Origin: Gammaproteobacteria bacterium
GTDB lineage: Bacteria > Pseudomonadota > Gammaproteobacteria > GCA-001735895
Direction: 5' to 3'
NCBI GenBank assembly: GCA_050298595.1
Contig: JBNKUM010000049.1
Coordinates: 1-38,834, forward strand
DNA: 38,834 nucleotides
The position numbers and the translations under genes are program-made. This document shows positions 7,737 through 18,440 of the stretch, in pieces. The notes beneath the pieces are model-generated. The model was not told the origin of the DNA. It saw only the letters and a list, made by a program, of their open reading frames with translations, and searched no databases. Position 1 is the stretch's first letter, and each line of letters opens with the position of its first letter.

Positions 7737-8011
7737 TGCCATTAGAATTTCCCAATAGCAGCCGCAGTTTTGATGAAAGTAAAAATCGGATTAACTTCTG
7801 GGGTTATGACCGTACAATTGAGGTGTCCTATTTCATCGGCGTGGATGCACTAAAACGTTTTAACCAAAAAGTAGCTACTCAGGAAGCTGAATTACTTAAA
7901 GTGTTTGATTCAGAGATAGAAAAGATTCACAAGGTAGCCGCTAATGTATATAAAAACTGTACAAAAGGAAAAGGTGCGTATACCTTTATTCTAGATGCTG
8001 AAGATTTCTGA
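7736..8011 (+). CDS. DUF1488-like small protein
   Basis: MPLEFPNSSRSFDES..RINFWGYD..EVSYFI..DAL pattern; TAATG coupling to hflC. Confidence 0.7.
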   Translation: MPLEFPNSSRSFDESKNRINFWGYDRTIEVSYFIGVDALKRFNQKVATQEAELLKVFDSEIEKIHKVAANVYKNCTKGKGAYTFILDAEDF

Positions 8012-8133
8012 CATTAAGCAACCATATTGGTTATAGGCTGCAGCTAAGATCCCTGTTTTCATAAAGTCTATCTGGCTTATGTAAAAAGCTATAGTAAAAT
8101 CATTTACCTTCAACGCAATTAAACAGGCATTCC

Positions 8134-8823
8134 ATGAGTTACCATGAACCTCACCGTTCACATCGAGTCGGCTGGCTACGTGCAGCAGTTTTGGGTGCTA
8201 ATGATGGTATAGTCTCAACAGCTAGCCTGATCATAGGTGTCGCAGCTGCAAACACTACACAGGAAAACATTCTACTTGCGGGCATCGCAGGTTTAGTTGC
8301 AGGAGCCATGTCTATGGCAGCCGGTGAATATGTGTCTGTCAGCTCTCAGGCGGATACTGAGAAAGCCGATTTAGAGATTGAGAGGATATCATTGGAAAAT
8401 GATTTTGAGTTTGAAAAACATGAACTCGCTAAAATTTATCGAGAGCGAGGACTAGATGGAGAGTTATCCATTCAAGTCGCTGAACAGTTAATGGAACATG
8501 ATGCATTGGGGGCACATGCCAGAGACGAGATTGGAATATCGCATGTCACCGATACTCAGCCGGTACTAGCAGCATTTTCTTCAGCGGGAACCTTCATCAT
8601 CGGTGCAGCACTGCCACTGATCGTAGCCTGGCTCGTATCAGGTACTAGCCAAATTCCTGCTATCGCCCTTTCTTCACTCATATTTTTAGCATCACTAGGC
8701 GCGATTGCCGCACGAGCTGGCGGTGCTCCTATGATTTCAGGTGCCATTCGGGTCACGTTCTGGGGTGCGCTGGCAATGGTGATTACCGCAGGTGTTGGAA
8801 GAGTGTTTGGAGTCACTATTTAA
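8134..8823 (+). CDS. VIT1/CCC1 family Fe/Mn transporter
   Basis: WLRAAVLGANDGIVSTASL and GAMSMAAGEYVSVSSQAD signatures. Confidence 0.92.
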   Translation: MSYHEPHRSHRVGWLRAAVLGANDGIVSTASLIIGVAAANTTQENILLAGIAGLVAGAMSMAAGEYVSVSSQADTEKADLEIERISLENDFEFEKHELAKIYRERGLDGELSIQVAEQLMEHDALGAHARDEIGISHVTDTQPVLAAFSSAGTFIIGAALPLIVAWLVSGTSQIPAIALSSLIFLASLGAIAARAGGAPMISGAIRVTFWGALAMVITAGVGRVFGVTI

Positions 8824-8858
8824 CCTATCCCTGTGCAGGACTCTAAACGAGATTCGCT

Positions 8859-10199
8859 TTAGCTGTAAAACATATCCCGATACATGCCTTCTGCCCAGGC
8901 CAGTCCCGCCTGCCCTGATTGTGGACTCCATTTTTCCATTAGATGTACACGATCAAATGCAAAGCTTTTTTCCTTATCATCATATTTGTAAAAAGCGATG
9001 ATACTCATAGCTTCTAATGGATCAATTTTTACGCCCGAAAAACACATAGTTTGCGGGCTACGCCAGTCTATCTGTTTCCCTTTAGCGTGAGCGATTATCA
9101 CCTCGGCTACATACTTCGCTTCTGAGTGTGCAGTGTTACCACTTTTGGAAAAAGGTTGAGAACGAGAGTCACCTGTAACATAAACATATTCATCGTCTAG
9201 CATATGATATTTAAAGGGATCGATGGCTGCTTCTTTTTGAGAGTTTTCGCTGTCTACCAGCCCAAACGTTTCAAGAATTCTTGCTGCCCTTACAGGAGGA
9301 TAAATAACGGCATCATCAAATTGATAGCTATCGAATTCGGTTTCAACTTCTTTATCTTCCACATTGATAGCTGAAATTTCAGCGCTGGACAGATAATCAA
9401 TAATATCTGGATAGTAGTCCTTAAATGCGCGATGGAATCCATCTGCTTTAATCCGAATTTCCGGGTTAGCATCTAGCAGCACTATCTTTCCCTTTATATG
9501 ATTTCTTTTCATGATAGCCGCAGCCATACAGGCCCTTTCATAAGGTGCGGCCATACAGCGATAATTGCCTGGTGGCACCGACATCAATAGCGTGCCCCCT
9601 TTAAAATTCTCCAGTTTATGCTTAATCGCCATAACTTCTGAGGCACTATTAAAACCCGCCGGGTAATTCATGCGAATGGCAAATTCATCTTCAGGATTTT
9701 CAACGCCTATGCGTGCGTAGTCATAATCAATACCTGGCGCCACAACCAGATAATCATATTGAATCGACCCGATGGTGGTAATAAGCTTTTTACTGACCCT
9801 GTCCAGCTCAATCGCTGTAGCATTCAAAAAAAGATAATTATTATTGTTTGCTGCCTCAACATAACTATGGGTTAGAAAATCCAGATTGATCTGACCAGCC
9901 ATCCAGACATTGCTGAGTGGACAGGAGACGAATTGATCTTTCTTATCGATCAGGATGACATCAAAAGCAGGGTTATATTTCTTCAGGTATTTAGCCATAG
10001 TGAGGCCAGACCACCCTGCCCCAAGCACAACTACTCGTTGACCTTTTTTAGCTGGTATTTCTGCCGGTGATGAATAGACACCTCCTATCGATGGAGTTAC
10101 GACACTGTCCTGAGCCAGACTTGAAGAACTGGTAAGCGTTGCTGACGCCAATGCTGTTGAAGTCTGTAAAAAGGTACGCCGATTAATTTTTTTGCTCAT
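8859..10199 (-). CDS. Flavocytochrome c sulfide dehydrogenase flavoprotein-like (FccB/SoxF family)
   Basis: Tat signal NRRTFL, GAGWSG Rossmann motif, SCPLSN, YRCMAAPYERA, KSGNTA and C-terminal TMCFS cysteine. Confidence 0.85.
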   Translation of the reverse strand: MSKKINRRTFLQTSTALASATLTSSSSLAQDSVVTPSIGGVYSSPAEIPAKKGQRVVVLGAGWSGLTMAKYLKKYNPAFDVILIDKKDQFVSCPLSNVWMAGQINLDFLTHSYVEAANNNNYLFLNATAIELDRVSKKLITTIGSIQYDYLVVAPGIDYDYARIGVENPEDEFAIRMNYPAGFNSASEVMAIKHKLENFKGGTLLMSVPPGNYRCMAAPYERACMAAAIMKRNHIKGKIVLLDANPEIRIKADGFHRAFKDYYPDIIDYLSSAEISAINVEDKEVETEFDSYQFDDAVIYPPVRAARILETFGLVDSENSQKEAAIDPFKYHMLDDEYVYVTGDSRSQPFSKSGNTAHSEAKYVAEVIIAHAKGKQIDWRSPQTMCFSGVKIDPLEAMSIIAFYKYDDKEKSFAFDRVHLMEKWSPQSGQAGLAWAEGMYRDMFYS

Positions 10200-10221
10200 C
10201 GCAAACTCCTTTAATAGCCGG

Positions 10222-10923
10222 TTAATTAAAGTCAGGGTTACGCCAGTTTAAAGAAGGCGCACGTTCTGCCTCTGGAACCGGGATGTAGGATACGTAATTG
10301 ATAATATCTTTCAGGTTATCATCTGTCATTTGATCGACTATTGCCTTCATTGCTGGATCGACAACCCTTAAACCAGTTTTGATATGGTCTATCTGGCGCA
10401 TCATATAGGGATAATGCTGCCCACGGAGTTTGGGGATGCGTTGGGTGTTGTTACCTGCTGCCCTGGTACCATGGCAGACAGCGCAGTGCTGCTTAAATAA
10501 CTTTTCACCATTTTTATACTGGGGGGTAGAGTCATTATCAGGACCCTTTTGATGATGAGGATGCATGGGTAATTTGGCGATATAAGAAACCACATCGACC
10601 AGTGATTGATAGCCGCCTATCGTTCTTTGCTGAACAAATGGGTACATCACAGGATTTTCTCTGCGTCCTTCTCGGATATCCAGCAGTTGTTTGAGTAAAA
10701 AGTTCAGATGCTGACCCGCTATTTGAGGATAGGTACCATCTTCACTGCCCCAGCCCTCAGGTAAATGACAGGCAGCACAGGTTTCATAGATAGCGCGACC
10801 ATTTCTTAAATCAGGTTGAAAAGTCAGCGTTATGGATACGGGTTCATCTGCTCTAGCTACGTTCAAATAACTGAGCAAAACGCCCCATACGAGCCACAAC
10901 CCTATATTCCTGCAAATCATCAC
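10222..10923 (-). CDS. Periplasmic diheme cytochrome c (c4/c553 type)
   Basis: Signal peptide, CAACH and CAVCH, PQIAGQH and PKLRGQH motifs. Confidence 0.9.
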   Translation of the reverse strand: MMICRNIGLWLVWGVLLSYLNVARADEPVSITLTFQPDLRNGRAIYETCAACHLPEGWGSEDGTYPQIAGQHLNFLLKQLLDIREGRRENPVMYPFVQQRTIGGYQSLVDVVSYIAKLPMHPHHQKGPDNDSTPQYKNGEKLFKQHCAVCHGTRAAGNNTQRIPKLRGQHYPYMMRQIDHIKTGLRVVDPAMKAIVDQMTDDNLKDIINYVSYIPVPEAERAPSLNWRNPDFN

Positions 10924-11391
10924 TCTTATTCCTGAATATTGTAAGATTTTATAATGAGGCCGCCGTATCCCAACTTCCCCTTCCAGTTATACAGTTAACC
11001 ATCACCAACCTGTGATGGTATCGATCAGTTATAGTATCAGACTTTTGAGTTATATCTGTACTCGATCACGCCGCTTCAAAAAAATCTGCAGGTATAAAGA
11101 CTAAGGGATTCCTTATCTGAACCCCTTTTATTTTTAATAAAAACAGTCGCCTGACACCCAGTTTTCAGTTTCATTTAAGCTAGTGATGTTAATTTTCCAG
11201 GCCTGAATCATGGAGATTTTTTGTTTGTCGATCCCTGAATTATTCTGGGCCGAATAAATTGCTACATGTTATAAGTTTTTAAAATCTTACGCATCAAAAG
11301 CGATCTATACGGTGATTGGGTATGACCCAAAAACATTGGCATGAAGATGTAAATTCTACTTGCGCAATAACGACTCTGGCTTAAAGTAAGC

Positions 11392-12531
11392 ATGTTACAT
11401 TTTCTGAAGGTTCCTCAGTTGAAAATTAAATCGTATTCCTTAGTATTTGTAGTGTTTTTAACTACCATCCTGGCCGCCTGCAATCAATCCCCAGACATGC
11501 AAGCCAGTGCTGCAGCGAGTAAAACTGGTCGTGCAGAGCGACCCGCACACGCAGTCGAAACTATAGTAGTGTCAAGACAGTCCATAGCGATCAAACGCAC
11601 ACTGACTGGTACGCTTGAAGCCCCCCGAACTGTGCACATTCACACCGAACAATCTGGTCGAATCATCGAATTACCCTATTATGAAGGTGATAAGGTCAAT
11701 AAAAATGCGACACTGGTCAGGCTGGATGACTCCCTGTTGAGAGCGAATCTGGCAAAAGCAACCGCTTCACGTAAACAATCCGAACTCGATTTGAAACGCC
11801 TGAAACGTCTGGTTCCCAGCAAACTCGCCAGTGAAGATGAACTTGCCCGAGCTAGTACTTCACTGGAGCTTGCCAATGCTGAAGAATCTTTACAGCGCAC
11901 CCTGCTCTCAAGAACCATCATAAAAGCTCCTTACGACAGTGTTGTCAGTGAACGGCTTAAGGAACCCAGCGATATCGTTGCGGTTAATGATCACATTTTG
12001 ACGCTGTTTGATCCCAAATTAATGACCGCAGCCATTCAGGTACCGGAACAATTACATGGCCGGGTAGCCATAGGTGATTCAGTAAAGATGCGCATCGATA
12101 GCCTGGGCGATAGCAGTTTTGCAGCCAAAATTTTACGCATTCATCCCGTTGTTGATCCCAATACCCGTCAGGGAACGGTTGAGGTTCGAGTCGATCCGGT
12201 ACCCGCAGGTGCTCGTCCCGGGCAACTATGTCGTGTTACGCTGGAAACGGCTGAAACCCCCAGGCGACTAATTCCTTTAAATGCTCTGCAATTTGATGGC
12301 AAAGGCAGTTATGTTTATCGCGTGAGTGAAGACTCTAAAGCGCTACGCACTGCAGTGACTATCGGTTTACAAATTGGAGAATCGATAGAGATTATCGATG
12401 GTGTTAAGGATGGGGATGAGGTCGTCTCCAAAGGCTTTCTGGGACTTAAATCGGGTAAAACGGTACGCATCATTAAACCTGCGGAAAAACAGTCAGTCAG
12501 CATGACCGCCTATCCACTTATTCAGGGGTAA
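11392..12531 (+). CDS. RND efflux periplasmic adaptor (lipoprotein); start uncertain
   Basis: LAAC lipobox, lipoyl/hairpin motifs (EGDKV, IKAPYD), VDPNTRQ. Confidence 0.9.
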   Translation: MLHFLKVPQLKIKSYSLVFVVFLTTILAACNQSPDMQASAAASKTGRAERPAHAVETIVVSRQSIAIKRTLTGTLEAPRTVHIHTEQSGRIIELPYYEGDKVNKNATLVRLDDSLLRANLAKATASRKQSELDLKRLKRLVPSKLASEDELARASTSLELANAEESLQRTLLSRTIIKAPYDSVVSERLKEPSDIVAVNDHILTLFDPKLMTAAIQVPEQLHGRVAIGDSVKMRIDSLGDSSFAAKILRIHPVVDPNTRQGTVEVRVDPVPAGARPGQLCRVTLETAETPRRLIPLNALQFDGKGSYVYRVSEDSKALRTAVTIGLQIGESIEIIDGVKDGDEVVSKGFLGLKSGKTVRIIKPAEKQSVSMTAYPLIQG

Positions 12532-12537
12532 ATCGCT

Positions 12538-15500
12538 ATGCAAAAACGTTTCCGTAGTGGAGGTCTGGCCGCCTGGTCGATCCGCCACCCCATAGGCGTC
12601 ATTATGCTGGCCCTGGCTGTTGTTGTGCTGGGTCTGGGTTCATTGCAACGACTGGGCATCAATCTACTGCCTGACCTGATCTATCCTGAGGTACGAGTTC
12701 GTGTTAATGATTCGGGAGTTCCCGCACGCATTATGGAAGATCGCATCACTCGTCAGCTAGAAGAACAGCTCGCTATTACCGAAGGTTCTATCCAGGTACA
12801 GTCCAACTCTCGCGAAGGCCGCAGCTCGGTCGACTTAAGCTTTCCTTACGGCAGTGATATCGACCTCGCTTTCCGTGATGCCAGTGCCCGCCTTGATCGC
12901 GCCAAGCGTTTTCTCCCCGATAGTATCGATCCACCAACAATTTTTAAACGTGACCCGTCCCAGATCCCGGTACTGGAAATGGTGGTGAGCTCTACCGACC
13001 GCGACCCCGTTGCACTGCGTAGCTGGGTTGACTATACCTTTGCCAAATGGTTTTTAAACGTACCCGGAGTTGCTGCTGCCGAGGTGGGTGGTGGCCTACA
13101 ACGTGAGATACAGGTTGTGGTCGATCAGGAGCGTCTGAGCGCTTTCGGCTTTACGCTGGAAGATGTCTCCAACATGTTGAGTAATGAAAACCTGGATAGC
13201 CCAGGCGGTAATCTGCAGACAGCAAATAGAGAAATCAGCGCGCGCGCATCGGGTCGCTTTAGCAGTCTGGCTGAGATGGCGGCTTTGCCATTATGGAAAG
13301 ACAGTCAAAGCGATACTGGACTGCGTCTGGAAGATGTTGCTCAGGTCATGGATATACATGCTGATGAAAAATTACGCATACGACTGAATGGCATACCAGG
13401 TATCAAGTTATCCATACAGAAACAGCCTTCTGCGAATACCGTAGCGGTGGTAGATGAGGTCAATAAGCGACTCGACTGGCTGCGCCAACAGGGCCAGATT
13501 CCTCCCGATATACACATCGACCGTGTCGGTGATCAATCCACCTATGTACGTCATGCACTTCGCAATGCTGCTATGGCAGCGATCTCTGGTGCCCTGCTGG
13601 CGATGACCGTAGTGTATATATTCCTGGGAAATTTGCGCCGCACCCTGATCATCGGCACAGCAATCCCGCTCGCTACGCTGGTAACCTTTACGATTATGGA
13701 TATGGGAGGCCTGACGCTCAATATTATGACCCTGGGCGGGTTGGCACTGGGCATTGGCATGCTGGTGGATAACACTATCGTTATGCTGGAGAATATTACG
13801 CGCCATCAACGCCTGGGTGAAAGCGATCTGGAAGCGCCCATCAATGCAGCGCGCGAGGTAAATAGTGCCGTAGTCGCATCCACATCTACCAACCTGGCGG
13901 CGGTATTACCGTTTCTGTTTATCGGTGGACTGGTCGGCTTACTATTCCGTGAACTTATCATTACCATTTCGGCAGCCATAGTTGCATCACTGATAGTTGC
14001 CCTGACACTGGTCCCAACTCTGGGTGCGCGGGTTCATGATAAAGGGCGTAACCTTTTACAGCGTTTTATGGACATCAGCATGAGTTCGATGCAGTCAGCC
14101 TACGCCAGCTTGACCACAACGCTGTTAAAACGGCCATGGATTACTCCAGTAATCCTGGTTCCTTTACTGATTTTATCGCTGCCTGTATTTGTCGAAGGTA
14201 AACAGATCTTCCTGCCTTCTATGGATGAAGGAGAAATCTCGGTACGCCTGACCGGGGAAACAGGTATGCGTCTAGATGAAACCGATAGCGCCATTATCAA
14301 GCTGGAAAACCTGTTTCTCGCACAACCCGATGTATTGACTGTATTTACCTCTGCCGGTGGCCGGGTATATGGACGATCTCAATATGAAGCATCCAACTCT
14401 GGATCAATAGACTTAAGACTGACTCCGATCACTGAAAGAACTCGTAGTAGTGAACAATGGGTTAAGGATATGAAAAAAGAGATTGCGGCATTGAAACTGA
14501 CCGGATTACAGGTCCATATGAGGATTCGTGGTATTCGTGGGGTACGCATGAGCTCTGGCGATGATGATTTGAGTATTCGAGTACAGGGTCCTGACATTGA
14601 GGTGCTAACCGCACTGGGTGAAGAAATCGTCAATCGGCTAGAAGGAACCGAAGGCTTGAGTAATCTCAGTCACAGCTACGAAGAAACTCGCAATGAAGTG
14701 GCTATCAATATTGATCGTCAGCGCGCAGCTGATCTCGGCATCCGCGTCGATGACATTGGCCGAGCCTTACGCATAGCTCTGGACGGACAGGTTGTTTCTG
14801 ATTTCATTGATGGGGACCGCCAGTTCGACGTGCGCATACGCCTGCCAAGAACCGGATTTCGTTCACCAGACGATCTGGGTAATATCCTGGTCGGATTACA
14901 TCAGGGGCAACCCGTTCGCTTACGCAGTGTTTCAGATATCAAATTTACCCCTGCCCCGGCTAGTATATTGCGCGATAATCAACGTCGAATCGTTGAAATC
15001 ACTGCAACTTTATCAGCTGATACAGGCCCCGAACAGGCAATGAATCAAATCAACCAGAGACTTGCTGATATGCCTATGCCCGAAGGTTATACCCTGTATG
15101 ATGGCGGTGCAGTCAAGACTTTGCAGGAAGGTCGTCAACTGACGTATATGCTACTGGGTCTGGCGATTTTCATGGTTTTTGTAGTGATGGCAGTGCAATA
15201 CGAATCACTGCGTAACCCACTGATCATCCTGATCAGTATCCCATTTACACTGATCGGTGTTGCCGCCGGTATTCACTGGCTGTCTATCCCTATATCCATG
15301 CCCATCTGGCTCGGCCTTATCATGCTCGCAGGAATTGTGGTTAATAATGCTATCGTGCTGGTTGAACAGATTGAAATCGAACGTGAGAAAGGTCTGGATA
15401 TCATACCGGCCATTGTTGAAGGCGCCCGTTTGCGTCTGCGTCCAATTCTGATGACTTCGCTCACTACCGTGGCAGGGATGCTGCCCTTAGCGGTAGGTTT

Positions 15501-15663
15501 TGGTGAAGGCTCTGAAATGCTTCAACCGCTGGCGGTTGTCATCGTCTGGGGGCTGAGTTTTTCCATGCTAGTGAGCCTGGTTCTGGTGCCTTCTGTTTAT
15601 CGTATGATGCATTTTCAACGTAAACAGCCTGAACCGACGCCTGTACACGCAAAATCACTCTGA
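12538..15663 (+). CDS. RND efflux transporter permease (AcrB/D/F superfamily)
   Basis: 1041 aa; GMLVDNTIVMLENI, GIVVNNAIVLVE, RLRPILMTSLTT. Confidence 0.93.
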   Translation: MQKRFRSGGLAAWSIRHPIGVIMLALAVVVLGLGSLQRLGINLLPDLIYPEVRVRVNDSGVPARIMEDRITRQLEEQLAITEGSIQVQSNSREGRSSVDLSFPYGSDIDLAFRDASARLDRAKRFLPDSIDPPTIFKRDPSQIPVLEMVVSSTDRDPVALRSWVDYTFAKWFLNVPGVAAAEVGGGLQREIQVVVDQERLSAFGFTLEDVSNMLSNENLDSPGGNLQTANREISARASGRFSSLAEMAALPLWKDSQSDTGLRLEDVAQVMDIHADEKLRIRLNGIPGIKLSIQKQPSANTVAVVDEVNKRLDWLRQQGQIPPDIHIDRVGDQSTYVRHALRNAAMAAISGALLAMTVVYIFLGNLRRTLIIGTAIPLATLVTFTIMDMGGLTLNIMTLGGLALGIGMLVDNTIVMLENITRHQRLGESDLEAPINAAREVNSAVVASTSTNLAAVLPFLFIGGLVGLLFRELIITISAAIVASLIVALTLVPTLGARVHDKGRNLLQRFMDISMSSMQSAYASLTTTLLKRPWITPVILVPLLILSLPVFVEGKQIFLPSMDEGEISVRLTGETGMRLDETDSAIIKLENLFLAQPDVLTVFTSAGGRVYGRSQYEASNSGSIDLRLTPITERTRSSEQWVKDMKKEIAALKLTGLQVHMRIRGIRGVRMSSGDDDLSIRVQGPDIEVLTALGEEIVNRLEGTEGLSNLSHSYEETRNEVAINIDRQRAADLGIRVDDIGRALRIALDGQVVSDFIDGDRQFDVRIRLPRTGFRSPDDLGNILVGLHQGQPVRLRSVSDIKFTPAPASILRDNQRRIVEITATLSADTGPEQAMNQINQRLADMPMPEGYTLYDGGAVKTLQEGRQLTYMLLGLAIFMVFVVMAVQYESLRNPLIILISIPFTLIGVAAGIHWLSIPISMPIWLGLIMLAGIVVNNAIVLVEQIEIEREKGLDIIPAIVEGARLRLRPILMTSLTTVAGMLPLAVGFGEGSEMLQPLAVVIVWGLSFSMLVSLVLVPSVYRMMHFQRKQPEPTPVHAKSL

Positions 15664-15865
15664 GCTTCACGCTTTTAGAAAAGAATTGGGTAAAAACGCA
15701 CGCATTAAATCATGATTAAGCGGCTTGAATTCGTCACTGACGTGAAAGAATTTACAAAAGTTAAAAATCCCAGCACTAAATCACCAAAAATTGCAAATTA
15801 TTTAAAGCAATTATCACTTTAATATGTGATAATTCGCGCCCAATTTTTTTAGCCTTGAGGTAGAT

Positions 15866-16606
15866 GTGAGTCAGATTGATATAGATATTCAGTTGAAGGT
15901 CTGGAAAGACCTCGCCCTAAGTAAACAGGTATTGATGGGAGCAGCTACTGACGCTCTTGGCTTAGATGCTGAATGCAGTTCCACTGAGTTAAAAGAAGCT
16001 CTGGAAAGCGCTATAAAGAAAGTTAAAGAAGCTGACGCTAACATCCTTGCAACTAAAGAAAAAGCTGAAAAAGAAGTCGCTGAAATGAAAGCCCTGGTCG
16101 CAGCAAGTGATCAGGCCCGTAAAGAAGCAGAAGAAAGAATTGCTGCCGCTGAAGAAGCGCGCGAAATCGCAGACCGTCAACTAGCTGCCGGACGTGCTGA
16201 AAATAGTGAACTGCTGAAAAAAGCTCGCGCTGAAGTTGCTGATAAGCAAAATAAGCTGAAAGCTATCTCCAAGGCACTGGCTGACACCCCTGAAAATGTG
16301 GTTAAAAAGCTGAAGACCCTGAAAAAGCAGAAAATGGACGAAGCAAAGCTACGTACCCAGACAGAAGCCAGGCTTAAAACAACCACTAAAGAAAAAGCGA
16401 AACTGGAAGCCGAACTGGAAGCACAAAAAGCTTTTATCGAAAAAGCCAGTGCTGCCTCTGAACAGATCGAAACACTACATAAGCTGTGTAAAGATCAGAA
16501 CAAGAAAATCAAATCACTAAGCGAAGAAAAGGATGATCTTTTTGAAATCCCCAAACTTGATAAGGAATTGATTGAAGCACTCAAAAGTGTAGGCACTGAT
16601 AAGTAA
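15866..16606 (+). CDS. Coiled-coil hypothetical protein
   Basis: GTG start with GAGG RBS, K/E/A-rich heptads, no TM segment, own terminator. Confidence 0.8.
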   Translation: MSQIDIDIQLKVWKDLALSKQVLMGAATDALGLDAECSSTELKEALESAIKKVKEADANILATKEKAEKEVAEMKALVAASDQARKEAEERIAAAEEAREIADRQLAAGRAENSELLKKARAEVADKQNKLKAISKALADTPENVVKKLKTLKKQKMDEAKLRTQTEARLKTTTKEKAKLEAELEAQKAFIEKASAASEQIETLHKLCKDQNKKIKSLSEEKDDLFEIPKLDKELIEALKSVGTDK

Positions 16607-16625
16607 ACAATCACTATCCTGAGCT

Positions 16626-16663
16626 AAAAAAAAGGTCGCCAGTTTATCTAGCGACCTTTTTTT
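16626..16663. terminator. Bidirectional rho-independent terminator
   Basis: A8-GGTCGC-loop-GCGACC-T7 between convergent genes. Confidence 0.88.
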
Positions 16664-16678
16664 ATGAAATGAATCAAG

Positions 16679-17254
16679 CTACTTTCTAATCCCTTCTATA
16701 GATAGAGTTATTTCAACTTTTTCAGAAGCGGGCCCCAGGTTTTTATCTATCCCAAAATCAGAGCGATTGATTTCAGCGGTTCCATAAAAACCAGCGCGAT
16801 ATCCGCCCCAGGGATCTTTACCTTCTCCGATCTGATCCACCTTGATAGAAACGGGTTTAGTTACGCCATGCATGGTCAGATTACCAACAAGTGTGCCGCT
16901 ATTCACGCCTGTGGGTGTATATTTGGTACTGGTAAATGTTATTTCCGGGTATTTATCTGTATTTAAAAAATCAGCACTGCGTAAATGCTTGTTACGTTCA
17001 GCATGATTTGTATCCAGGCTAGCGGCTTTTATGACTACTGAGGCCTTAGCTTTCGCAGGGGTATTCCTGTCATAACTGAAGTCACCTGAGAAATCCTTAA
17101 ACCCTCCATACAGCCAGCTATACCCAAGATGCTGTATTCTGAAATTTATGAAGGCATGCATACCCTTGGTATCGATGCTGTAATCTGCAGCATGGACTAA
17201 TGGTGTCAAGGTAAGCATTAGAAAGCCCAGTATTAATGATTGCATTTTGTTCAT
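16679..17254 (-). CDS. yceI: YceI polyisoprenoid-binding periplasmic protein
   Basis: HAFINFRIQHLGYSWLYG, DTNHAERNKHLRSADF, DPWGGYRAGF. Confidence 0.93.
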   Translation of the reverse strand: MNKMQSLILGFLMLTLTPLVHAADYSIDTKGMHAFINFRIQHLGYSWLYGGFKDFSGDFSYDRNTPAKAKASVVIKAASLDTNHAERNKHLRSADFLNTDKYPEITFTSTKYTPTGVNSGTLVGNLTMHGVTKPVSIKVDQIGEGKDPWGGYRAGFYGTAEINRSDFGIDKNLGPASEKVEITLSIEGIRK

Positions 17255-17817
17255 TTAGTTTCTCCTATGGTGGTGGTTGTAATCCCCAGCATGCGCTTGA
17301 GGGTTAAATCTTTAACTATGAAATGATGGTATAAAGCTGCCAGGGCATGAATGGCAGCAAGTATGATAAAACTGGTCGCGATAATTTCATGGATATCGCC
17401 GGCCCAATCTGCTCTATCTGAATCCTCAGCGATCAGAGATGGGACAGTAAACCAGTCAAATACATCGATACCCATCCCCTCTGCGGTAGAGATCATGTAC
17501 CCACTGATGAAAATCATTACAACCAGCAGGTAAAACAGGTTATGAGTAATTCGAGCAACGAGTTCAGTTTTTTTATCGGAAGATATGGGGGCAGGACTGG
17601 TTTGAAATTTATTCCAGAAAAAGCGCAATAACATCGTCATCACCAACAATATACCTATGCTCTTATGTATCTCAGGTGCACGATGGTACCAGGGATCATA
17701 GTAATCAAGTTCCACCATATATTGGCCAAGAAAAAATATGGCAATAAAAGCAATCGCCATTGCCCAGTGTAAAAATATCGATAACCAGCCGTATTGAGTC
17801 TTTGAGTTCAAGATCAT
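17251..17817 (-). CDS. yceJ: Cytochrome b561 (YceJ-like)
   Basis: LHW, HKSIG, H..AALYHHF..KD.TLKRM; coupled to yceI. Confidence 0.88.
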   Translation of the reverse strand: MILNSKTQYGWLSIFLHWAMAIAFIAIFFLGQYMVELDYYDPWYHRAPEIHKSIGILLVMTMLLRFFWNKFQTSPAPISSDKKTELVARITHNLFYLLVVMIFISGYMISTAEGMGIDVFDWFTVPSLIAEDSDRADWAGDIHEIIATSFIILAAIHALAALYHHFIVKDLTLKRMLGITTTTIGETK

Positions 17818-17940
17818 GATTTTTAATTTTTAGTTTTATTTAATCAGGTGTAGTCTTTGAATAAGTTATAAAGTTTCATTTCTGAGTAATTATGTGGAAA
17901 TTTTTTGCTTATTTGCTTATAGGATTTGAACGAGACTGAT

Positions 17941-17980
17941 ATTTCACCGGTATTTCACATCAGCTTGACATCAACTTCAC
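17941..17980 (+). promoter_or_regulatory. Four 11-bp-periodic direct repeats (OmpR/PhoB-family box-like)
   Basis: TTCAC 17943, TTCAC 17954, TTGAC 17965, TTCAC 17976. Confidence 0.55.
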
Positions 17981-18038
17981 AGCTTCACCACTACTATTTA
18001 ACAATAGAAATACAACGCTGAAAGGAGAGAACATCACC

Positions 18039-18440
18039 ATGTCTATCGATCATGCTATCATCAAAATTCAAAATCTGAGACTAAGAACATTCATAGGATT
18101 TAATGCTGATGAAAAAACCAAGCAGCAGGATGTTGTCATCAACATTGAAATAAAATACCGCATCTCTGAAGCCGCTTTAAATGACCAGATAGAGCATGCG
18201 CTAAATTACAAAACCATCACCAAATCAGTGATTCAACATGTTGAACAGGGTCGATTTCTACTGTTAGAAAAGCTGGTTTCTGACATCGTCAAAATATCAA
18301 GCGAGCACCCAGACGTCGCATACGCTAAAGTGACCGTCGATAAACCGCATGCTTTAAGATTCGCAGATTCAGTATCATTGACCCTTGACCACCACAGCAA
18401 AGCTCAAGACCACATCAACTACCTGGAGAAAGCATCATGA
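18039..18440 (+). CDS. folX: Dihydroneopterin triphosphate 2'-epimerase
   Basis: [46 protein letters not shown]. Confidence 0.9.
   Translation: MSIDHAIIKIQNLRLRTFIGFNADEKTKQQDVVINIEIKYRISEAALNDQIEHALNYKTITKSVIQHVEQGRFLLLEKLVSDIVKISSEHPDVAYAKVTVDKPHALRFADSVSLTLDHHSKAQDHINYLEKAS

Noticed and set aside
11200-11252. CCTGAAT...ATTCTGGG as another IS1380-like remnant
   Set aside because: Too short and degenerate, with no TSD.
11336-11355. Sigma-54 promoter (TTGGCATG...) upstream of the RND adaptor
   Set aside because: No GC at the -12 position with GG-N10 spacing.
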